Positions 1 to 6,555 of a DNA stretch of 13,159 nucleotides are shown piece after piece. The stretch lies in assembly GCA_043779265.1 (NCBI GenBank), contig JAYWEM010000034.1:1-13159 (forward strand). Direction: 5' to 3'. The notes beneath the pieces were generated by a model. That model was not told where the DNA came from and searched no databases. It saw nothing but the letters and a program-made list of their open reading frames with translations. This stretch comes from a bacterium (GTDB lineage: Bacteria > Eisenbacteria > RBG-16-71-46). A program made the position numbers and the translations under genes. Numbering within the stretch: the first letter of the stretch is position 1; each line of letters begins with the position of its first letter.

Positions 1-562
1 CGCCGGCGTCCACGTCGCGGATGCCGATCAGCACGGTGTTGCGCGCCTGCACCTTGGGCGATCGTCCGCCCAGATGGGTGAGCTCGTGGTCACCGAAGCC
101 GAGCGCGACCGCAAGCGACATGCCGTGGATGTTGCCGCTCGGTGTCGACTGAGGCGTGTTGCAGTCGCCGTGCGCATCGAACCAGATGAGCCCGAGCGAC
201 TCGCCCTTCTTGGCGTAGAACCCCGTGGAGCCGGCGACCGAGCCGATCGCGATGCTGTGGTCGCCGCCCAGCACGAACGGCAGTCGGCCTTCGGTGAGGC
301 ACTTGTCCACCTGCTTCATCAGCGCGCGATTGGCGGCGAGGATCGGCTGTTTGTAGCGCAGCTTGGCGCTGCCCACCTTGGTCGTCTCGGCGATGATCAC
401 ATCGATGTCGCCGTAGTCCTCGACCTTGTGTCCCAGCTCCTCGAGCTTGCGCTCGAGACCCGCGATGCGGATCGCCGAGGGCCCCATGTCCACGCCTCGC
501 CGACCGGCACCCAGGTCGAGCGGCACTCCGATCACCCCGATATTGCGCTTCTTCTTGGCCAT
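1..562 (-). CDS. rocF: Arginase (ureohydrolase family), N-terminal 187 codons; 3' end lies beyond the left edge of the window
   Basis: Manual translation from ATG at 562-560: MAKKKRNIGVIGVPLDLGAGRRGVDMGPSAIRIAGL...LGGDHSIAIGS...LIWFDAHGDCNTPQSTPSGNIHGM...TVLIGIRDVDAG. Contains the GGDHS and DAHxD Mn-binding motifs and the arginase-type SGNxHGM. No stop before the window edge. Not in the supplied ORF track. Confidence 0.93.
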   Translation of the reverse strand, partial: MAKKKRNIGVIGVPLDLGAGRRGVDMGPSAIRIAGLERKLEELGHKVEDYGDIDVIIAETTKVGSAKLRYKQPILAANRALMKQVDKCLTEGRLPFVLGGDHSIAIGSVAGSTGFYAKKGESLGLIWFDAHGDCNTPQSTPSGNIHGMSLAVALGFGDHELTHLGGRSPKVQARNTVLIGIRDVDAG

Positions 563-569
563 GGCGCGC

Positions 570-599
570 ACCCTAGCATCGCGGCGAGGGGGCTGTCAC
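570..599 (-). promoter_or_regulatory. Putative sigma70-type leaderless promoter of the arginase gene
   Basis: Minus strand: GTGACA (599-594), 18 nt spacer ending in TGC (extended -10 TGn), TAGGGT (575-570), 7 nt (GCGCGCC), then ATG at 562. No Shine-Dalgarno sequence in front of the ATG. Confidence 0.6.
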
Positions 600-757
600 A
601 AGCCCCTCCTGCATACGTGAGCTGCTTCGATCGAGCCCCCGGTGTGTCATGAGCCCGTGGCATCACCTGTCCACGCTGCAGCAGGTCTCGGGGACGTCAG
701 GCCACAGGCGCCGGGGGTCCGCCCAACGCGCCATGCCCCGCATTCGTAGGCCCCGGC

Positions 758-786
758 GTGACCCAGCGCAGGCGAGGCATTAGCCT
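758..786 (+). promoter_or_regulatory. Putative sigma70-type leaderless promoter of the RND operon
   Basis: GTGACC (758-763), 17 nt, TAGCCT (781-786), 6 nt (TTGCCC), then ATG at 793. Confidence 0.5.
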
Positions 787-792
787 TTGCCC

Positions 793-1881
793 ATGTCCCG
801 CTCCCCTCTTCGCGCCTCCGTGCGCCCGCTCGCCTTTCTCGCCCTTTCGCTCGCCCTCCCCCTCGCCGGCTGCACCCCCAAGGCCGGTGGCCCCGGCGGC
901 CGAGGCGGCATGCCGCCGATGCCCGTCGAAGTCGTCACCGTGCAGCGCCAGACGGTGCGCGATCCGTTCCGCGCACTCGGCTCGCTCGAGGCGATCCAGG
1001 AGGCCGAGGTCGTCGCCGAGGTCGCCGGGCGCGTGCTCGAAGTGCCGTTCGCCGAAGGTCGCGCGATCGCGAATGGCGAAGTGCTCGCGCGCCTCGATGG
1101 CCGCGAGGCCAGAGCCGAACTCGAGCGAGCCCAGGCCCGTCTCGCCCTCGCGCGCTCCGACGCCGAGCGCGTCGATGAGTTGTTCGCGAGGGAGATCATC
1201 TCGCCGCGCGAACGGGACGAGTCGCGCGCGGCGCTCGCCGTTGCCGAGGCCGAGGCGGCGCTACAGCAGACGCGCTTCGATAAGACCACCGTCCGCGCGC
1301 CGTTCTCGGGGGTCGCGGGGCGTCGTTATGTCTCGGTCGGCACCCGCGTCGCGATCGGCGATGCCATCGCGCGCATCGCGAAGCTCGACCGGCTGCGCGT
1401 CGCATTCCCCGTTCCCGAGCGGCTCGCCGCGACCATCCAGCGCGGCGCCTCCGTCGAGCTGATGGTCTCCGCGTATCCGGGGCGCACGTTCAAGGGACAG
1501 GTCGTGGTGGTCGAGCCCGTGGTGAATCGAGAGACGCGCACGTTCGAAGTGATCGCCGAAGTCGCCAATCCCGGTGGACTGCTCAAGCCGGGTATGTCGG
1601 CCGACGTGAGCACGGCGCTCTCCGAGCGCACCGACGCCTTGACGGTTCCCGATGAGGCGGTGCTCGCCGAGGGCGATGCGACCTACGTCTATGCCGTGCA
1701 GCCCGACAGCACGGTGCAACGCGTGACCATCCATCTCGGAGTGCGCGATGCGGCGTTCGTCGAAGTGGTCGAGGGCCTCACCGAGGGCGCCATCGTCGTG
1801 CGCGCGGGACACCAGAAGCTGTTCCCCGGCGCCAAGGTGATGCCGATGACGATCCCGCCCGTCACCGAGGGCGCGAAGTGA
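793..1881 (+). CDS. RND efflux periplasmic adaptor (membrane fusion protein), predicted lipoprotein
   Basis: Signal peptide with lipobox LAGC. MFP pattern: GSLEAIQEAEVVAEVAGRV...EGRAIANGEVLARLD, an alpha-helical hairpin, TVRAPFSGV, ETRTFEVIAEVANPGGLLKPGM, VPDEAVL, EVVEGLTEGAIVV. ATG at 793 preferred over the in-frame TTG at 787. Confidence 0.93.
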   Translation: MSRSPLRASVRPLAFLALSLALPLAGCTPKAGGPGGRGGMPPMPVEVVTVQRQTVRDPFRALGSLEAIQEAEVVAEVAGRVLEVPFAEGRAIANGEVLARLDGREARAELERAQARLALARSDAERVDELFAREIISPRERDESRAALAVAEAEAALQQTRFDKTTVRAPFSGVAGRRYVSVGTRVAIGDAIARIAKLDRLRVAFPVPERLAATIQRGASVELMVSAYPGRTFKGQVVVVEPVVNRETRTFEVIAEVANPGGLLKPGMSADVSTALSERTDALTVPDEAVLAEGDATYVYAVQPDSTVQRVTIHLGVRDAAFVEVVEGLTEGAIVVRAGHQKLFPGAKVMPMTIPPVTEGAK

Positions 1882-4800
1882 GGATCTCGCAGATCTCGAT
1901 CGAGCGCCCGGTCCTCGCGACCGTGATGAGCCTGACCATTCTGTTGTTCGGGCTGCTTTCGCTGTGGCGCCTGCCGGTGCGCGAGTACCCCGACATCGAG
2001 TCGCGCATCGTCAGCGTGACCACGATCTACCGCGGCGCCAGTGCGCAGGTGGTCGAGACCGAGATCACCGACGTGCTCGAGGAGCAACTCTCCACGATCG
2101 AGGGCGTCAAGCTCATCACGTCGTCGTCGCAGGAGCAGGTGTCGCGCATCACGATCGAGTTCGAGCTGTCGCGCCAGGTCGACCAGGCGGCCAACGATGT
2201 TCGCGATCGCGTCTCTCGTATCCGCGGCTCGCTGCCCTCCACCTCCGACGAGCCGACGGTCGCCAAGCAGGACACCAATGCGCAGCCGATCATGTGGATC
2301 GCCGTCAGCGGTGAGTCGTTCAACACGCTCGAGTTGTCCGACATGGCGCGCAACGTGCTGGCCGAGCGCTTCCAGCGCCTTCCCGGCGTCGGCGCCGTGT
2401 TCGTGGGCGGCGAACGCCGCTACGCCATGCGCATCTGGCTCGACCCGCTGCGGCTGGCCGCGCACGGTCTGACGGTCACCGATGTCGAGCGCGTGCTGCG
2501 CACCGAGAACGCCGAGATCCCCTCGGGCCGCATCGAGGGCCAGGGCCGCGAGTTCGCGGTGCGCACGCGAGGCGATCTGGCCGAGCCCGAGGAGTTCGCC
2601 GCCATCGTGCTCTCGGGCTCGGGTGGCAGCGCGGTGCGCCTGGGAGATGTCGCCGAGGTGCGCATCGGAGCCGAGGACGAGCGCACGATCACGCGCTACA
2701 ACGGCGTGCCCGCCGTGGGAATCGGCGTGGTCAAGCAACAGAAGGCCTCCACCGTCGATGTCGCGAAGGCCGTCCGCAACGCACTGCCCGAACTGAACGC
2801 CTCGATGCCCGAGGGGATGAAGCTGGACATCGCGTTCGACTCGAGCAAGTTCATCGAGGAGGCGGTCCACGAGGTGCTGGTGTCACTCGGCATCGCGATC
2901 CTGCTCGTGTTCCTCGTGACGTTCCTGTTCCTGCGCACGCTGCGCGCCACGCTCGTGCCCGCGGTCGCGATCCCGGTCTCGATCATCGGCACGTTCACGG
3001 TCACCTACTTCCTCGGCTACAGCCTCAACATCCTGACGCTGCTCGCCCTGGTGCTCGCCATCGGCCTCGTGGTGGACGACGCGATCATCATGCTCGAGAA
3101 CATCTACCGACACATGGAGATGGGCAAGAGCCGCATGCAGGCGTCGATCGATGGCGCCGCCGAGGTCGGGTTCGCCATCCTGGCCACCACGCTCGCACTG
3201 GTCGCGGTGTTCGTGCCGGTGGCGTTCCTCTCCGGCCAGGTCGGCCGCCTGTTCAACGAGTTCGGGATCGCGATCGCCGTCTCGGTGATGATCTCGGGAT
3301 TCGTGGCGCTGACATTGTCCCCGATGCTGTGCTCGCGCTTCCTCCGCCCGCAGGACGTCCCCCACCAGACGGCCGATGGCAAGATCGGTGAGGCGAAGCG
3401 GCACGGCTGGAACGAGCGACTGCATGACTTCTACGAGCGCATGCTGCGCGGCGCGCTGAGGAACCGGCGCTGGGTGCTCGGCGGATCGCTCGCAGTGCTG
3501 GCGCTGACGGTGGTGCTGTTCCGTGCGCTCCCCAAGGAACTGGTCCCGACCGAGGATCGTGGTCTGATCTTCAATCTCGTGTTCGCGCCCGAGGGCTCCA
3601 CCAAGGAGTACACCGACCGCTACATGCTGCAGGCGGAGCAGATCTACCGGCAGGTGCCCGAGGTGAAGAGCATGTTCACCGCGGTCGGGCTCGGGTTCGG
3701 CGGCCCCGGCCGCGTCACCGACGGCTTCATGTTCGTGCGCCTCAAGCCGCTCGACGAGCGCGGCCGCAGCCAGCAGCAGATCGTCGGTTCGTTGTTCCCG
3801 CAGCTCATGAGCATCCCCGGCGTGCTAGCGATCCCGATCAACCCGCCGAGCCTCGGCGGAGGATTCGGGCGTCCGGTGCAGTTCGTGCTGCAGGCCGAGA
3901 CCTATGACGACCTCAAGACCTCGATGGCGACGCTGATGGCCGAGTCGGCCAAGCTCGGCTACTTCCTCAACGCCGACACCGATCTCAAGCTCAACAAGCC
4001 GCAGATCGAAGTGCGCGTCGATCGCGACCGGGCTGCAGCGCTCGGCGTCTCGGTCTCCGACATCGGCGGCGCGCTGCAGTCGCTGCTCGGCGGCCGCGAG
4101 ATCGGCCGCTTCAAGCGCGGCAACCAGCAATACGAGGTGATCCTCCAAGTCCCCTCGCACGGACGTGCGACCCCTCGGTCGATCGAGGAGCTGTACGTGC
4201 GCGGCCGCGCCGGGCTCGTCCAGTTGGCGAGCGTGGTGCTCGTGGAGGAGAAGGTGTCGCCCCGCGAGCTGAACCACTTCAATCGCGTCCGCTCGGCCAC
4301 GTTCACCGCCAACCTCGCCCCGGGCGTCACGATCGGCACCGCGATCGACGACCTGCGCGCCATCGCCAAGCAGACGTTGCCGCCCACGGTGCGAACCGAC
4401 CTCGCCGGCGAATCGCGCGAGTTCGCCGAGTCGAGCAGCGGACTGAACCTGCTGTTCCTGATCGCACTGGCGTTCATCTTCCTGGTGCTCGCGGGCCAGT
4501 TCGAGAGCTTCGTGCACCCGATGACGATTCTGGTCTCGGTGCCGCTCGCGGTGTTCGGCGCGCTCGCCTCGCTGTGGGCGATGCAGATGAGCATCAACAT
4601 CTACTCGCAGATCGGACTCATCATGCTGATCGGGCTGGTGACCAAGAACGCCATCCTGATCGTCGAGTACGCCAATCAGCGCGTGGCGCGCGGCGAGAGC
4701 GTGAACGAGGCCGTGGTGGGCGCCGCGATCATCCGGCTGCGGCCGATCCTGATGACCACGCTGTCCACCACGTTCGGCGTGCTTCCGATCGCGATCGGGT

Positions 4801-4985
4801 TGGGTGCAGGTGCCGAGTCGCGCAAGCCGCTCGGTGTGGTCGTCGTGGGCGGCATGCTGTTCTCGACGCTGCTCACGCTGGTGCTCGTCCCGATCGTGTA
4901 CTCGCTGCTCGCGCGTTTCGCCGTTCGGGCGCAGCAGGCCCGCGAGGCCGCCCTCACTGGAGCCGAGCCCGTCACGCCGGCCTGA
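1878..4985 (+). CDS. RND efflux permease, AcrB/AcrD/AcrF (HAE1) family, 1035 aa
   Basis: N-terminal IERPVLATV, TM4 LAIGLVVDDAIIMLEN, ALTLSPMLC, FESFVHP, TM10 GLVTKNAILIVE and RLRPILMT (proton-relay D-D, K and T conserved). GTG start overlaps the MFP stop (GTGA, 1878-1881). Confidence 0.96.
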   Translation: MRISQISIERPVLATVMSLTILLFGLLSLWRLPVREYPDIESRIVSVTTIYRGASAQVVETEITDVLEEQLSTIEGVKLITSSSQEQVSRITIEFELSRQVDQAANDVRDRVSRIRGSLPSTSDEPTVAKQDTNAQPIMWIAVSGESFNTLELSDMARNVLAERFQRLPGVGAVFVGGERRYAMRIWLDPLRLAAHGLTVTDVERVLRTENAEIPSGRIEGQGREFAVRTRGDLAEPEEFAAIVLSGSGGSAVRLGDVAEVRIGAEDERTITRYNGVPAVGIGVVKQQKASTVDVAKAVRNALPELNASMPEGMKLDIAFDSSKFIEEAVHEVLVSLGIAILLVFLVTFLFLRTLRATLVPAVAIPVSIIGTFTVTYFLGYSLNILTLLALVLAIGLVVDDAIIMLENIYRHMEMGKSRMQASIDGAAEVGFAILATTLALVAVFVPVAFLSGQVGRLFNEFGIAIAVSVMISGFVALTLSPMLCSRFLRPQDVPHQTADGKIGEAKRHGWNERLHDFYERMLRGALRNRRWVLGGSLAVLALTVVLFRALPKELVPTEDRGLIFNLVFAPEGSTKEYTDRYMLQAEQIYRQVPEVKSMFTAVGLGFGGPGRVTDGFMFVRLKPLDERGRSQQQIVGSLFPQLMSIPGVLAIPINPPSLGGGFGRPVQFVLQAETYDDLKTSMATLMAESAKLGYFLNADTDLKLNKPQIEVRVDRDRAAALGVSVSDIGGALQSLLGGREIGRFKRGNQQYEVILQVPSHGRATPRSIEELYVRGRAGLVQLASVVLVEEKVSPRELNHFNRVRSATFTANLAPGVTIGTAIDDLRAIAKQTLPPTVRTDLAGESREFAESSSGLNLLFLIALAFIFLVLAGQFESFVHPMTILVSVPLAVFGALASLWAMQMSINIYSQIGLIMLIGLVTKNAILIVEYANQRVARGESVNEAVVGAAIIRLRPILMTTLSTTFGVLPIAIGLGAGAESRKPLGVVVVGGMLFSTLLTLVLVPIVYSLLARFAVRAQQAREAALTGAEPVTPA

Positions 4986-5074
4986 GACCGCCTGACCGCA
5001 TGACTGGACAACCCCGCGCCGCTGGCCGATAACCAACGCGTCGCTGTCCCCTGCCTTGGATGGAGGACTCCCGC

Positions 5075-5728
5075 ATGGTGCTCGCATGGCCCGCACTGCT
5101 CGTGTTGTCGCTGGGGCTGTTGGTCAGCGCCAATCCGGCGTCGGACCCGGCGCGCTCGGCCTCTCCACCACCCAACACGCGCAAGGCGAAGCCAGTGGGG
5201 CGCGTGCTGTTCGAGGACGACTTCTCGAGCGGCAAGCTCACGAAGTGGGCGACCGACCGCGAAGGCGTCTGGAGCGTGTGGCGGGGCGTGCTGCGCGCCG
5301 ACCTGCCGGATGAGAAGCAGCAGCGCTCCTTCGCATGGTTCGGGGACTCCACCTGGGCCGACGTCGCGGTGGACCTCGATGTCTGCCAGATGCGCGGTGT
5401 CGACAAGGGCGTCGTGGTCCGCGCCAACGATGGCGGCGGCATCGGAGTCGACCTGAGAAGCGGTGTCTACCAGGACATCTTGATGTACCGCCGCCAGTGG
5501 CCGCTCGGCAAGGCGAAGGCGACCAATCCCAACGGCGTGTGGCACCACCTCCGCATGGAGCTGCGCGGGCCGCACATCAAGGTGTTCGTGAACGGCGAGC
5601 TGAAGTTGGAGCGCGAAGCTCCGCGCGACAGCGACGCCCAGGGCCGCATGGGACTCCCCGCCTACACCGGCGGCGTCGGGCAGTGCACGGTGTACTACGA
5701 CAACATCGTGGTGACCGCGCTCGACTGA
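5075..5728 (+). CDS. Secreted DUF1080 / concanavalin A-like beta-sandwich protein (3-keto-glycoside hydrolase-like fold), function uncertain
   Basis: GGAGG at 5062-5066 favours ATG 5075 over 5060. Signal peptide MVLAWPALLVLSLGLLVSA. Family-like pattern LFEDDFSSG...W...WSVWRGVL...WADVAVDLDV...GVVVR...WHHLRMELRGPHIKVFVNG...GRMGL...VYYDNIVV. Confidence 0.72.
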   Translation: MVLAWPALLVLSLGLLVSANPASDPARSASPPPNTRKAKPVGRVLFEDDFSSGKLTKWATDREGVWSVWRGVLRADLPDEKQQRSFAWFGDSTWADVAVDLDVCQMRGVDKGVVVRANDGGGIGVDLRSGVYQDILMYRRQWPLGKAKATNPNGVWHHLRMELRGPHIKVFVNGELKLEREAPRDSDAQGRMGLPAYTGGVGQCTVYYDNIVVTALD

Positions 5729-5739
5729 GGGGCTGTGGC

Positions 5740-6555
5740 TCACCGCCGCCGCACGACCTCGATCAGCCGCAGCGCGCCCGACTCCATGTCGGCATCGCCG
5801 ACCCGCACCGTCTCGGCGGCTGCAGCGTGCGGCAGCTCGAGTCGGAACTCGCCCCACAGGTCCACGCCGCCTGCTGCAGTGGTGAACGTGTCGATCGGGG
5901 CCACCGCGCCGCGCACCTGGATCAGCACGTTCGATTCGAACGTGCGGGCGTAGCCCTCGACCGCCAGCAGCGACGACGCGCTGCCCTCGCGCGGCTCGAG
6001 CAGCACGATGTTCGGACGTCGCGATGCGAGCGCGAGCCCCGGCATCGGCGGGCCGCCCCGCCGCAGCTCGATCACGAACGCGCTGTCGGGCCCGCCGACA
6101 TGCGCTCTCGCCAGCACCGGGGCCGCGAGATGCAGATCGACGGCCAGGTGCCCCTCGAGTGTACGCAGCACATAGGCGGACGCCACCAGCCCGGGCCCGG
6201 TGAACAACGTGTCCGTCCAGGTCGAGGGCGGGCCCTCGAGGAGCGAGTCCAGCGGGCAGATCACGCGCAGCACGGCGCGCGAGCGGCCGAGCAGGATCCA
6301 GCTCGGCGCCGGTGCCGGCGCAAGACCCATCGAACTCTCGAACCGCAGGACGACCACCTCGACCGAGTCGATGATCGATCGCGTGATCGCGCCGAGCCTC
6401 GCGGGCGTGTGCGAACCGTCGTGCACGGTGAGCAACGGGCCCTCGTCGATCCAGCCGACCGGTGCCTCGATGACATCGGGCGGCGGCGGCGCACACGAGC
6501 CCAGCATCAGTCCGGCGAACAGCGTCGCCACGGCAATCGCACCACGGTTCCTCAT
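5740..6555 (-). CDS. Putative lipoprotein with a C-terminal Gmad2-like immunoglobulin-fold domain
   Basis: Signal peptide with lipobox LGSC (Cys21) followed by a Pro-rich linker. C-terminus VEGYARTFESNVLIQVRG...TFTTAAGGVDLWGEFRLEL resembles the Gmad2 pattern (G-x-A-x-x-F-E...F-T-T-A...G-x-F). Start overlaps the ATPase stop (ATGA, 6555-6552). Confidence 0.62.
   Translation of the reverse strand: MRNRGAIAVATLFAGLMLGSCAPPPPDVIEAPVGWIDEGPLLTVHDGSHTPARLGAITRSIIDSVEVVVLRFESSMGLAPAPAPSWILLGRSRAVLRVICPLDSLLEGPPSTWTDTLFTGPGLVASAYVLRTLEGHLAVDLHLAAPVLARAHVGGPDSAFVIELRRGGPPMPGLALASRRPNIVLLEPREGSASSLLAVEGYARTFESNVLIQVRGAVAPIDTFTTAAGGVDLWGEFRLELPHAAAAETVRVGDADMESGALRLIEVVRRR

Noticed and set aside
74..652. 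192 aa plus-strand ORF
   Set aside because: Antisense shadow of the arginase gene on the minus strand, which carries all the family motifs.
1878..4985. The RND pump as a CzcA/CusA heavy-metal exporter working with the nearby ATPase
   Set aside because: TM4 reads AIGLVVDDAII (HAE1 type) rather than the HME-type DFG..VD pattern, and the MFP lacks a His/Met-rich metal-binding region.
4981..5004. Short repeated TGA(G/C)ACCG-like units after the RND stop
   Set aside because: Too short and degenerate; no spacers or regular period, so not a CRISPR array or a meaningful tandem repeat.
1689..5096. Long minus-strand ORFs (1689-2870, 2883-3425, 3825-5096, 3959-4600)
   Set aside because: Antisense to the RND genes; long stop-free frames are expected in high-GC coding DNA and none shows recognisable motifs.
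5729..5739. Expected terminator between the convergent DUF1080-like and lipoprotein genes (likewise 12253-12276)
   Set aside because: No hairpin with a U-tract is visible in either short gap, so no terminator is called.
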